Of a DNA stretch of 64,000 nucleotides, positions 47,114-56,547 are shown one piece after another. Made by a program: the position numbers and the translations under genes. Each line of letters starts with the position of its first letter. The stretch's first letter is position 1. Below the pieces are notes generated by a model. It made no database searches. It was given only the letters and a program-made list of their open reading frames with translations, and was not told the DNA's origin. This DNA is from Eubacteriales bacterium (GTDB taxonomy: Bacteria; Bacillota; Clostridia; Oscillospirales; CAG-272): positions 2,315-66,314 of the forward strand of contig JAZSFA010000071.1 of assembly GCA_045531965.1 (NCBI GenBank), read 5' to 3'.

Positions 47114-47779
47114 ATGAAACTACTGCTCAACGCTCTCGTAAAATTCATAGCAGGTCTCTTCATGGTCTCCCTTCTGCTTTTCCTCCCCGCGGGTACGATT
47201 CACTATCCCGGGGGCCTCTTGTTCCTTTGCCTGCTCTTTCTTCCCATGTTCATGATGGGCATTGTCATGATGATCCGCGCCCGTGATCTTCTTGCCAAGC
47301 GGTTGGACGTGAAGGAAAAGCAGGGCACCCAAAAGGGCGTGGTGGCCGTTATGGGTCTGATCTTTCTCGGCGGGTTCATCCTTGCGGGGCTGGACTTCCG
47401 CTTCGGCTGGTCCAAGGTCCCCCTGCCCGTGGTCATCGTCGCCTCGGTGCTGTTCCTCGTGGGCTACACCCTCTACGCCGAGGTCATGCGGGAGAACGCC
47501 TACCTGTCCCGCACCGTCAAGGTGGAAGAAGGGCAGACTGTCATCTCCACAGGTCTCTACGCCGTGGTGCGCCACCCCATGTATATGGCCTCCACGGTCA
47601 TGTTCCTGGCCCTGCCTCTTGTTCTCGGCTCCTGGTACGCCCTCATCCCCTTCGCCTTCTATCCCATCATTATGGTCGTCCGCATCCACGGGGAAGAGAA
47701 GCTTTTGACGGCGGAGCTTTTGGGATATGACGAGTATAAGAAAAAAGTCAAGTATCGCATGATCCCCTTTATTTGGTAA
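47114..47779 (+). CDS. Isoprenylcysteine carboxyl methyltransferase (ICMT/PEMT) family protein
   Basis: TGLYAVVRHPMY, EE..L, YRMIPFIW. Confidence 0.9.
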   Translation: MKLLLNALVKFIAGLFMVSLLLFLPAGTIHYPGGLLFLCLLFLPMFMMGIVMMIRARDLLAKRLDVKEKQGTQKGVVAVMGLIFLGGFILAGLDFRFGWSKVPLPVVIVASVLFLVGYTLYAEVMRENAYLSRTVKVEEGQTVISTGLYAVVRHPMYMASTVMFLALPLVLGSWYALIPFAFYPIIMVVRIHGEEKLLTAELLGYDEYKKKVKYRMIPFIW

Positions 47780-47811
47780 ACGGTTATCTTATCGCGTTGA
47801 AAGGAGTCCCT

Positions 47812-48627
47812 ATGTCTCCCTATTTTGACACCCACGCCCACTATTTCGACCGCAAATTCGCCGCCTTGGACGGCGGTGCTGAGGAACTGCTGTCCTCCCC
47901 CGACTTCCTCTCCAAGGTGCGCGCCGTCATTAACGTGGGCACCAACCTCCAAAACAGCCAAACCGCCGTGGACATGGCAGGGAAGTACCCCTTCATGTTC
48001 GCCGCTGTGGGCATCCATCCCGAGGACGCCCAAGGATTGCCCGATGGCGCACCCTTGGATCCCGGCACCACGCTGTCCACGCTGTATGATTGGGTCAGCG
48101 ATGCTGACCGCCGCAAGCGGGAGAAAATCGTCGCTATTGGGGAAATCGGTTTGGATTACTATTGGGAGCCCATGGACAAGGATCTTCAAAAAGTTTTTTT
48201 TGAGGGTCAGTTGGACATCGCCCGCCGCGTGGGTCTGCCCGTGATCATCCACGACCGCGAAGCCCATGGGGACTGTTTTGAGACGGTAATTAGATATCCC
48301 GACGTGAGAGGCGTATTCCACGGCTACAGCGGCTCGGCAGAGATGGCGCGTGAGCTTGTAAAGCGTGGCTGGTATATTGCTTTTGGTGGGACGGTCACCT
48401 TTAAAAATGCCCATAGGGTCAGGGAAGTGGCGGCTTCGATTCCTCTCGACCACCTGCTGGTGGAGACGGATTGCCCCTATATGGCACCTGTCCCACACCG
48501 TGGAAAGGTCTGCCATTCAGCCATGCTCCCCTATGTGGGCGAGGTGCTGGCAGGGCTTCACGGGGTCAGCACGGAGGAGATTTCAAGGGTGACCACCGAG
48601 AATGCCAAAAAACTGTTTGATCTATAA
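47812..48627 (+). CDS. TatD-family hydrolase
   Basis: DTHAH, GIHP, IGEIGLDY, HDREA, ETDCPY. Confidence 0.95.
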   Translation: MSPYFDTHAHYFDRKFAALDGGAEELLSSPDFLSKVRAVINVGTNLQNSQTAVDMAGKYPFMFAAVGIHPEDAQGLPDGAPLDPGTTLSTLYDWVSDADRRKREKIVAIGEIGLDYYWEPMDKDLQKVFFEGQLDIARRVGLPVIIHDREAHGDCFETVIRYPDVRGVFHGYSGSAEMARELVKRGWYIAFGGTVTFKNAHRVREVAASIPLDHLLVETDCPYMAPVPHRGKVCHSAMLPYVGEVLAGLHGVSTEEISRVTTENAKKLFDL

Positions 48628-48631
48628 CGTG

Positions 48632-48699
48632 AAAAGTCGGCTCATGAGAGCCGACTTTTTTGCTGAATAAAAGGAGAGCCTCCCGAGGAAGCTCTCCTT
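48632..48699. terminator. Two back-to-back terminators between convergent genes
   Basis: AAAAGTCGGCTC/GAGCCGACTTTT and AAGGAGAGC/GCTCTCCTT hairpins. Confidence 0.85.
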
Positions 48700-48711
48700 A
48701 AAAACTTTTTG

Positions 48712-49680
48712 TTACGCCCAGCTCATGGTGGTAGGCTTCTCCTCAAAGATGCAAACACCCTTCAAGAATGCCACAGCCTTATAGAGTCCTTCGTCAATGG
48801 TCATGATGCTGTCCTCATGCTCGATGGAGAGCACCTTGTCATAACCACAGAGGCGGAGGTTGGAGATCATGTCTCTCCAGTAGGTCTCGCCGTTGCCGTA
48901 GCCCACGGTGCGGAAGATCCAGGAGCGGTTCAGCTCGTCGGAGTAGTGTTTGGTGTCCAGCACGCCGTTGGCGGCGGTGTTGTACTTGTCGATCTTGGTG
49001 TCCTTGGCGTGGACGTGGTAGATGGCACCCTTCAGCTCGCGGATGGCAGCCACGGGATCCATGCCCTGCCAGACCAGGTGAGAGGGGTCGAAGTTGGCAC
49101 CGATCACGGGACCGACGGCCTCACGCAGGCGGAGCAGGGTAGCGGGGTTGTAGACACAGAAGCCGGGGTGCATCTCAAAGGCGATGTGGGGGACGTTGTG
49201 AGACACAGCGAAGGCACCGGCCTCCTTCCAGTAGGGAATGACCTTCTCGTTCCACTGCCAATCCAAGATGGCAAGGAAGTCTTCGGGCCAAGGGCAGGTG
49301 ACCCAGTTAGGGTACTTGGCACCCTCGTGATCGCCGGGACAGCCGGAGAAGGTGATGACGGTATCCACGCCCATTTTCTCTGCCAGCAGAACGGCGTTGC
49401 GGAAGTCCTTGTCGAACTGGGCGGCGATGGCCTTGTCAGGGTGGAGGGCGTTGCCATGGGCGGCCAGGGCACAGACCTCTACGTCGTACTTCTTCAGGGT
49501 GGCGATGAACTCGTCGTACTTGGCGGCATCGGCCAAAAGCTCCTCAGGGTTGCAGTGAGCTTTGCCGGGGTAACCGCCCGCGCCCAGTTCTACGGTGTGG
49601 ACGCCCATGCCGGTCAGGATCGAGAGGGTCTCGTCCAGGCTCTTGGAGCCGTACAGATTGGCTAAAACACTCAGTTTCAT
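48712..49680 (-). CDS. Sugar phosphate isomerase/epimerase-family TIM barrel
   Basis: EMHPG, NFDPSHL, HVHAKD, SIEHED. Confidence 0.9.
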   Translation of the reverse strand: MKLSVLANLYGSKSLDETLSILTGMGVHTVELGAGGYPGKAHCNPEELLADAAKYDEFIATLKKYDVEVCALAAHGNALHPDKAIAAQFDKDFRNAVLLAEKMGVDTVITFSGCPGDHEGAKYPNWVTCPWPEDFLAILDWQWNEKVIPYWKEAGAFAVSHNVPHIAFEMHPGFCVYNPATLLRLREAVGPVIGANFDPSHLVWQGMDPVAAIRELKGAIYHVHAKDTKIDKYNTAANGVLDTKHYSDELNRSWIFRTVGYGNGETYWRDMISNLRLCGYDKVLSIEHEDSIMTIDEGLYKAVAFLKGVCIFEEKPTTMSWA

Positions 49681-49707
49681 AGTGGTGATGTTCCTTTCAA
49701 TGGTAGA

Positions 49708-50799
49708 TCAGTCGAAGTAGTAGGGCTGTCCCGTCTTGGCGGATTCGTAGATGCCTTCCAAGATGCGGGTAACGGTGAAGGCCTGCTCGGGCAGCACGCA
49801 GGGGTCGGTGTCGGTGACCACGGCGTTGATCCATTGAGCGGCTTCCATGGCTGCAGGATCACCCGTGTTCACACCCTCGTAAAAGGCCGCGCCCTGGGGA
49901 TTAAGGGTGGGACGAAGGACATATTGGCTGTTATTGCGGATACCGTTGATGCGGACACCATCGTAGAGGTCAGCACCGGCCTTCGTACCGCAAATGCAGG
50001 TGGTCGCCTCGCGGACATCCAGCATATTGATGGCCCAAGCGGACTCCAGATTGATGGTTGCACCGTTCTCCATGACGATGAAGCCAAAGGCGGAGTCTTC
50101 TACCGTGAATTTGTCGGGATCCCAGTTGCCCCAGGCGTTACCCTGGTTGGTATCCTTGTTCAGCTTGTGGTAGGAGGTGCCCACGCAGTACTTGGGCTTG
50201 TAGTTATCCATGAGCCACAGGGTCAGATCAAGGGAGTGGGTACCAATATCGATCAAAGGACCACCACCCTGTTCGTACTCGTTGAGGAACACGCCCCAGG
50301 TGGGCACGGCTCTGCGGCGGAGAGCGGTTGCCTTTGCATAGTAGATCTCACCAAAGGTGCCGTCCAGGGCTTCTTTCTTAAGATACTGCGCGCCTGCAGC
50401 CTGACGAGACTGGTAGCCGATGGTCAGTTTTTTGCCGCTGCGCTTTTGGGCGTCCAGCATTTTCTGCGCCTCGGCTACGTTGATAGCCATGGGCTTTTCG
50501 CACATAACGTGCTTGCCTGCGTCCAGCGCATCCACAGTGATGAAGCTGTGGGAGCGGTTAGGGGTACAGACGTGAACTACCTCGATGGACTCGTCAGCCA
50601 AAAGATCCTTGTAATTCTCATAGACTTTAGCATCAGGAGTGCCGTACTTAGCCTTAGCGGCTTCGGCACGCTCCACGATGATGTCGCAGAAGGCGACCAA
50701 TTCCACGTTAGACAGCTTCTTAAGCGAGGGCATATGTTTGCCGTTGGCAATACCGCCGCAGCCGATGATACCGATGCGAACTGTTCTGTTGTTGGACAT
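49708..50799 (-). CDS. Gfo/Idh/MocA oxidoreductase
   Basis: GIIGCGGIA, CEKPMA, GGGPLIDIGTH. Confidence 0.95.
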   Translation of the reverse strand: MSNNRTVRIGIIGCGGIANGKHMPSLKKLSNVELVAFCDIIVERAEAAKAKYGTPDAKVYENYKDLLADESIEVVHVCTPNRSHSFITVDALDAGKHVMCEKPMAINVAEAQKMLDAQKRSGKKLTIGYQSRQAAGAQYLKKEALDGTFGEIYYAKATALRRRAVPTWGVFLNEYEQGGGPLIDIGTHSLDLTLWLMDNYKPKYCVGTSYHKLNKDTNQGNAWGNWDPDKFTVEDSAFGFIVMENGATINLESAWAINMLDVREATTCICGTKAGADLYDGVRINGIRNNSQYVLRPTLNPQGAAFYEGVNTGDPAAMEAAQWINAVVTDTDPCVLPEQAFTVTRILEGIYESAKTGQPYYFD

Positions 50800-50857
50800 T
50801 GTTGTATCTCCTTTTTTATCAAATCCAAAATTCCCCTTATAAATAAGAGTTAACCAT

Positions 50858-50886
50858 ATTTTACCTTATGACGGCTTATTTTTCAA
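50858..50886 (-). promoter_or_regulatory. Sigma-A promoter of the oxidoreductase operon
   Basis: TTGAAA-17 nt-TAAAAT on the minus strand. Confidence 0.65.
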
Positions 50887-51010
50887 TGCCTTTTGTAAAA
50901 CCTATGAAAATTCATGGATTTACACAATTTGTGATGAGAAATTTTGTGCAAAAATCAAGTGTGCTTTTATCAAAAAGCACAGCCTTCTCCAAGGAGAAGG
51001 CTGTAGGGAA

Positions 51011-53881
51011 TCATTTCTTCTTTTTGATTAGTGAGGGCAAGGCGATGATGGTATAAGCGCAAAGACCCAGCACTGCGCCTGTGACCACAATCATGATTTT
51101 GAGACGAGTAGAGTAGACATAGGTTTGAGGATCGTCCTTGGTGTTGGGAGCTGGCTCTGTCTCGCTGATGTGGGGGATGCTCTCCTCGGGGGTCGTGTCG
51201 GGGGTGGTTTCTTGCTCAGGACGCTCCATACCGGGCAGAGGCTCGGACTCCTTGCGTGCAGGCTCACTGCCGCCATCAGCCGTCAGAAGAATGTAAGTAT
51301 CGGTGGTCACAGCATCAGCACCCTGCCCCTCGGGGCAAACATACAGGTAAGCGTAACGGTCATTGGGGGCAGTGTCACCCAAATCCATAAATTCCATGAC
51401 TTCGCCGTTCTGAGTCGAGTTGTCCGCCCATTTGAAACTGAAGGTAGTTGCAGTACCCTTTACACCGATGGCAGACTTGGCAAGACGAATGACCATTTGA
51501 TTGCCGTCCACGGTGTAGAGTGCCTGACCGACATGACGACCCGCCCAGCCGTCAGCAAGGGTTTCCAAGGAGACATAGTGACTGTCTCTTGCGCGGTTGA
51601 GGGCGAAATCAAAGCCTTCCCAGCCCGTGGTGTGGTCATTGTCGATATCAACATACAGGTTCATCCAAGCAGAGCTATCGTCTACGATCACGTCCTCGGC
51701 GGTCTCGACCATAAAGTAAAGATACTGTGCGTCCTGGGATACCTTAGCAGAAACGAGATCGTTCCGTCCTGTACTGTTGACGTAGGTCAGGTTGTTGAAG
51801 AAGCCTGCCTCACTTCTCCAAGCGGTATCGCCCTTGTTGTCGCCATAGGCAGGGGTGACGGTCTCCCAGAGGGCGGCGTTACCCAGCGTAATGGAGGTTT
51901 GACCACCTGCCTCCGTGACCTTGCCCAAGCCCTTGAACTCTCGAATATAGGAGGCCATCTGGTAGTAGAAATTGTCACCAAAACCCACGGTGCCGCCATC
52001 GCGCAGACGCATAGGCTCGGCATCACGAGAGTATTCGGTATTGAACTGATCTACGAACTGATAACCGGGATCCGGGATGCCTGCGAAGGTCTCATAACCG
52101 CTACTGGAATGGTTTAGACCTGCAATCCACTCGTTCCAGCCTGTGATCACGACTATGTCGGGATCGTAGTGCTTGACAGCTTCAAACTGGAAAGCAAAGC
52201 CAAGTCCTGCGCCTGAATCTAAGGAGAAACCGAAGTCCTCGTTTGAAATTTCGGGGAACTGAGTATTGAGGTAAGAACGACCTTTGCTGGTGGTGGGATG
52301 ATGACCCACGCAAAGGGCAAGCTGCTCGAAATTGCCATTGATGTCACGGCCCGGACCGCCGTTGTAGTAGCGGAAGCTATTGTTGATCCGGCGGTATTCT
52401 TGGAGCCAGTTCCAACTGCCATCCTGATCTTTCCATGCCCAGCAGTCACGGACGGTGAAGGTGTCGTGGATCCAGTTTTCCAGCTCGCCTGCATTTTGTA
52501 CTGCGCTACAGAGGGTCAGAGGTTTGCCTTGGTATTGATAAAAGAGCTCACCGTACTTATCAAATCCCTCCTCAGAGTAGATACTGCCTCGGAGAGCGCC
52601 CATGACAGCGCCGTAAGAGCCCGCGCTGAACACACAGATATCGGGAGTACTGCCGCCTTTCTCGCGAATGGCAAGCCAAGTATCGAGAAGTGTTGTCAGC
52701 CCCTCAGGATAGTAGGCACCGTTGGTGAAATCAAGGAAAATGAAATCCACGCCTGCGGCTTCCAGCTGATAAGCGTGCTTGCGGAAGACCCATTCGTCGG
52801 TGTTCTTATAGTAGCCAAAATAGGGCTCGCTCCAGAAGTAGGAGCCGCTGTTCTCTGTATTGGACAGATGGGATTTCAGCCCGTCCAGACCGCTGTCAAG
52901 GAAGATTTTGGTGTTATCCTTGATGAACTCGCTGTCATCACCTGTCTGGCAGAGGAAGTAGAAGAGACCTACCTGCTTTTCTTCACGCACCTCCACGTTT
53001 GTGGGGGTGGTGCGGTCTCGGTCGTCGGTAGCCACCCAAGTGGTATAATCGATCTCGGAGGTGACACGCTCACCGTCGGTGCGGGTCAGGGTACTGTGGG
53101 TAAAGGACAAATTATCCAGCGTACCCTCCATGCTGTCGGCGTGGAGGGTGAAATAGCCGGCGGCTCTTACAGCGGTGCTGTCGATCGAACCCATGGTGTT
53201 GTTCTCAGCGGTTAACACCGCGAGCGCGCCATCATAGGCGTCATAGGTAACGATGCAGATCAAGGTGTCACCGTTATAGACCTTGATGTTCTCCACGTTG
53301 TCCTTGAAGGTCAGTTTGCCCATAGAAGTTACACCGTCCATGCTGACGGTGGTGGAGAAGCCGCTTTCGGGCTCAGTAACCGTCACGTTGCCTGTGCCGT
53401 CAAAGATAAACCAAATACCCCTGTGATCAGGAGAGGTGGCACTGCGTGAAAGGCGGAGTCCTACCGACAGTTTGCCGCCTGTGACGTTAGCATCCACGGA
53501 CATCTCGCCGCCCTTGATGCCGTAATCGTCACCAAGGAAGATGGCAGAACCGAAGGAGAAAGTTTTGCCTTCCGCGCAGGACAGGGTCTTGCCATCGAAG
53601 ATCATGTTTGTACGTAGAGAGGCGGTGGCAAGGTTTTCATCGCGGGAGTAGTCGGTGATCTCTGTTTTGGTAAAATCGTAGGTCAGGGTCTGTGTGTCTG
53701 TTTCGATCCAATGATAGTTTCTGCCATCGTGGGTGATACTCACAGCGGGTAGACTGACTGAGGGATCTCCTGCGCCGGCAGAGGGCAGAAGCGCTATACT
53801 CGATGCTGTCAAAAGCAGGGAAAGCATCAGCGCACCGCAGACGAGCTTTACCCTCGGCTTTCTATGGATGGTGTGCTTCAT
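51011..53881 (-). CDS. Large secreted, membrane-anchored protein with GH99/GH71-like catalytic domain
   Basis: Signal peptide; WSEPYFGYY, AGVDFIFLDFTN, ITGWNEW, EYSRDAEP; C-terminal TM plus KKKK. Confidence 0.7.
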   Translation of the reverse strand: MKHTIHRKPRVKLVCGALMLSLLLTASSIALLPSAGAGDPSVSLPAVSITHDGRNYHWIETDTQTLTYDFTKTEITDYSRDENLATASLRTNMIFDGKTLSCAEGKTFSFGSAIFLGDDYGIKGGEMSVDANVTGGKLSVGLRLSRSATSPDHRGIWFIFDGTGNVTVTEPESGFSTTVSMDGVTSMGKLTFKDNVENIKVYNGDTLICIVTYDAYDGALAVLTAENNTMGSIDSTAVRAAGYFTLHADSMEGTLDNLSFTHSTLTRTDGERVTSEIDYTTWVATDDRDRTTPTNVEVREEKQVGLFYFLCQTGDDSEFIKDNTKIFLDSGLDGLKSHLSNTENSGSYFWSEPYFGYYKNTDEWVFRKHAYQLEAAGVDFIFLDFTNGAYYPEGLTTLLDTWLAIREKGGSTPDICVFSAGSYGAVMGALRGSIYSEEGFDKYGELFYQYQGKPLTLCSAVQNAGELENWIHDTFTVRDCWAWKDQDGSWNWLQEYRRINNSFRYYNGGPGRDINGNFEQLALCVGHHPTTSKGRSYLNTQFPEISNEDFGFSLDSGAGLGFAFQFEAVKHYDPDIVVITGWNEWIAGLNHSSSGYETFAGIPDPGYQFVDQFNTEYSRDAEPMRLRDGGTVGFGDNFYYQMASYIREFKGLGKVTEAGGQTSITLGNAALWETVTPAYGDNKGDTAWRSEAGFFNNLTYVNSTGRNDLVSAKVSQDAQYLYFMVETAEDVIVDDSSAWMNLYVDIDNDHTTGWEGFDFALNRARDSHYVSLETLADGWAGRHVGQALYTVDGNQMVIRLAKSAIGVKGTATTFSFKWADNSTQNGEVMEFMDLGDTAPNDRYAYLYVCPEGQGADAVTTDTYILLTADGGSEPARKESEPLPGMERPEQETTPDTTPEESIPHISETEPAPNTKDDPQTYVYSTRLKIMIVVTGAVLGLCAYTIIALPSLIKKKK

Positions 53882-53888
53882 AACGCAC

Positions 53889-55001
53889 TCACTTTCTCAC
53901 CTTGACGGTGACGTAGCCTGCGGTGATACCCACGGCGACCAACATGACGGCAATGAGGATCCAGACAGCCAAGGAGTCGTTTATCACCTGTGGACCGGGC
54001 GTGACGGTAGGTGTGGTTTCGCCTTGAGTTCCAATGAATTCTTCAATGGTGGATTCGGCATCGGTCTGCTTTTCGGTGGGCGCTTCAGTAGGCGCGTCTG
54101 TGGGCGCTTCAGTAGGTGCTTCTGTGGGAGCCTCGGTAGGGGCTTCGGTTTCGACATGGGAAGTGTCACCCATGATCTTTACGTTATCCACAACAATGTT
54201 TGCCACGCGGGTAGCCCAGCCTATGGTAGAACCGTTGACCATGACCAAGGTGTCGTTATAGGAGGCAAGTTCGGTGCCATCAGCGGCGTATAAAGTGGCA
54301 TTGTCAAAACAGACTTCGCTGATGCCCAACTTGCCATAGCTTTTGCCGGGATTGGAGAAGAAAATTTTGCACATAAGGGTGTCAGCTACGTAAACGGCGA
54401 TCTCATCTGTACCGTTATCCTCTACGCGTAGGTTTACGTATTTACCGCTGTTAAAGGATACGCCCGCGGGGGGATTGAACCAATAAGTGTTGTTTTTCAC
54501 CTTTTCCGGCTGGGTTTCGTCATAGGTTTTGACGTTGATGCCCAAACCGTTACTGTTGGGATAGATCAGAAGACCGCTTCTGTTGATGGAGTTATCTGCG
54601 TCTCCGTCAGCTTCATAATAAGCAGCATTGTTCTTGGGGGTACGGACAAAAAAGCCGGCTTGCACCTTGCCTTGGGATTCCAGCACATCTACTGAGAAGG
54701 TGTACGCACCCTGAACGGGCTTTTTGGTGGCGATCTGAGTAAACACGTGGGACATGAGGTTCAGGTTGCCCGAGGTGTCCTCTTGAACTCTGATGAAGCC
54801 GTCACCGATGGTTTGCGCGTCCACTTCAAAAAACTCGGGCATAAGCGTGGACTTACCGTCCACATCTGCCTCGTATTCATCGAAATTTTCTTCAAATAAT
54901 ATGACCATATCGGAGGCATCAGCGGCGGATATGCCCAACATAGATATACAGCCAAGCAAGAGACAAGCAGTCAAAATAAGAACAGGAAGCTTTCTTTTCA
55001 T
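53889..55001 (-). CDS. Secreted beta-sandwich-like protein with TEAP repeats and C-terminal TM anchor
   Basis: Signal peptide, LFEENFD...VDNVKI, TEAP x5-6, TM plus VKVRK. Confidence 0.75.
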   Translation of the reverse strand: MKRKLPVLILTACLLLGCISMLGISAADASDMVILFEENFDEYEADVDGKSTLMPEFFEVDAQTIGDGFIRVQEDTSGNLNLMSHVFTQIATKKPVQGAYTFSVDVLESQGKVQAGFFVRTPKNNAAYYEADGDADNSINRSGLLIYPNSNGLGINVKTYDETQPEKVKNNTYWFNPPAGVSFNSGKYVNLRVEDNGTDEIAVYVADTLMCKIFFSNPGKSYGKLGISEVCFDNATLYAADGTELASYNDTLVMVNGSTIGWATRVANIVVDNVKIMGDTSHVETEAPTEAPTEAPTEAPTDAPTEAPTEKQTDAESTIEEFIGTQGETTPTVTPGPQVINDSLAVWILIAVMLVAVGITAGYVTVKVRK

Positions 55002-55113
55002 GGGAAACTCCTTTCAATAAAAAAGCCCGCGGTGTGCATTAGGAACCTTCGGGCGTGAAAAAATATGGGAAAGGGGCAAAAACTTCGGTGGCATAGCATG
55101 ACTTGTTGTTGTT

Positions 55114-55155
55114 AAAAAGCTTGAGTTGGGGAACTTCATTTAAGAAGTTCCCCAA
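55114..55155 (-). repeat. REP-like repeat copy (short)
   Basis: TTGGGGAACTTCATTTAAGAAGTTCCCCAA. Confidence 0.7.
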
Positions 55156-55163
55156 AATCGTAA

Positions 55164-56483
55164 TCAGAAAATGGGATATCCGGCTTTCTCGTGTGCCTCG
55201 ATCAGCTCGTCGCACATAGCAACGATCTCGTCGGTCGACAGTTCGGCGCCTGTGTGAGGCTCCATCATGGCAGCCTGATACAGGGTCTCGCGCTTACCCG
55301 TGTGAGCGGCCTCGATGGTTAACATCTGGGGGTAGATGTTGGAGGCGTTCATGGCGGCAAGCTGGAGGGGCAGCTCGCCCACGTGGGTGGGGGTGATGCC
55401 GTTGTTGTCCACAAGGCAGGGAACCTCAACGCAAGCGTCCCAGGGCAGGTTGGAGATGCAACCGTGGTTCAGCACGTTACCGCCGATCTTGTAGGGCGTG
55501 TTGGTGACGATAGCTTCCATGATATGAGAAGCGTATTCCAGGGAGCGGGTGTGCTGGACGTTGCCACCTGCCATCAGCTCTTCCTTCTGCTTTTGCCAGC
55601 CTGCAATCTGGTTCACACAACGGCGAGGATACTCGTCTAGCGGGATGTTGAATTTTTCGATCAGGTCGGGACGGTTGGGCTTAATATAGAAAGCATTGTA
55701 CTCGGCATTGTGCTCCGAGCTTTCTGTACAGTAATAACCGAGCTTATCAATGTAGTCGAAACGCACCATATCGTTGTGCTTTTCGGTGGCGTTCTTCTCC
55801 TTAGCGCGGCGTCGGATCTCGGGATAAAGGTCGTTGCCGTTCTTGTCCTTGATCTCAAGGAGCCAAGCCATATGGTTAATACCTGCGATCTTGGACTGGG
55901 AGCCCTCGATCAGCTCGGGCATACCCACACCGTGAAGGATGGCGGGGACGCAGACCTGTACGCTGTGGCAAAGACCGACGGTCTTGATGCCGGTGTGTCT
56001 CTGCATATAGCCGGCAAGGATCGCCATGGGGTTGGTATAGTTAAGGAACCATGCGTCGGGACAGACCTCTTCCATGTCACGGGCGAAACCCTTGAGGACA
56101 TGGATGGTTCTCATACCGCGCATGATACCGCCGATGCCCAAAGTGTCGGCGATGGTCTGACGGAGACCATACTTCTTGGGGATCTCAAAGTCAATAATGG
56201 TACAAGGATCGTAGAGACCTACCTGGATGGCGTCTACTACGAAGTTGGCGCCACGAAGAGCTTCTTTACGCTGTTCCACGCCAAGATACTTCTTGACGGT
56301 CGCGCGTCCCTGGTTGATGGAGTTGTTCATGGCGGTGATGAGGAGGTAAGACTCCTCGAGTCTCGCGGGATCAATGTCATACAACGCAATCTCTACGTCG
56401 TGGAACGCGGGGCAAAGCATGGTGTCGCCGAGGACGTTCTTGGAAAAAACGGTGCTACCTGCACCCATGAAGGTTACTTTCAT
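55164..56483 (-). CDS. melA: GH4 alpha-galactosidase/glucosidase
   Basis: GAGSTVF, DTLGIGG, NYTNP, GLCHSV, GINHMAW, ESSEH.AEY. Confidence 0.9.
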   Translation of the reverse strand: MKVTFMGAGSTVFSKNVLGDTMLCPAFHDVEIALYDIDPARLEESYLLITAMNNSINQGRATVKKYLGVEQRKEALRGANFVVDAIQVGLYDPCTIIDFEIPKKYGLRQTIADTLGIGGIMRGMRTIHVLKGFARDMEEVCPDAWFLNYTNPMAILAGYMQRHTGIKTVGLCHSVQVCVPAILHGVGMPELIEGSQSKIAGINHMAWLLEIKDKNGNDLYPEIRRRAKEKNATEKHNDMVRFDYIDKLGYYCTESSEHNAEYNAFYIKPNRPDLIEKFNIPLDEYPRRCVNQIAGWQKQKEELMAGGNVQHTRSLEYASHIMEAIVTNTPYKIGGNVLNHGCISNLPWDACVEVPCLVDNNGITPTHVGELPLQLAAMNASNIYPQMLTIEAAHTGKRETLYQAAMMEPHTGAELSTDEIVAMCDELIEAHEKAGYPIF

Positions 56484-56547
56484 GATGGACTCCTTTTCGT
56501 TTATGATTTTTAACGGGTCAACAGGGCAGTACCCTTGTATTTTTCCC

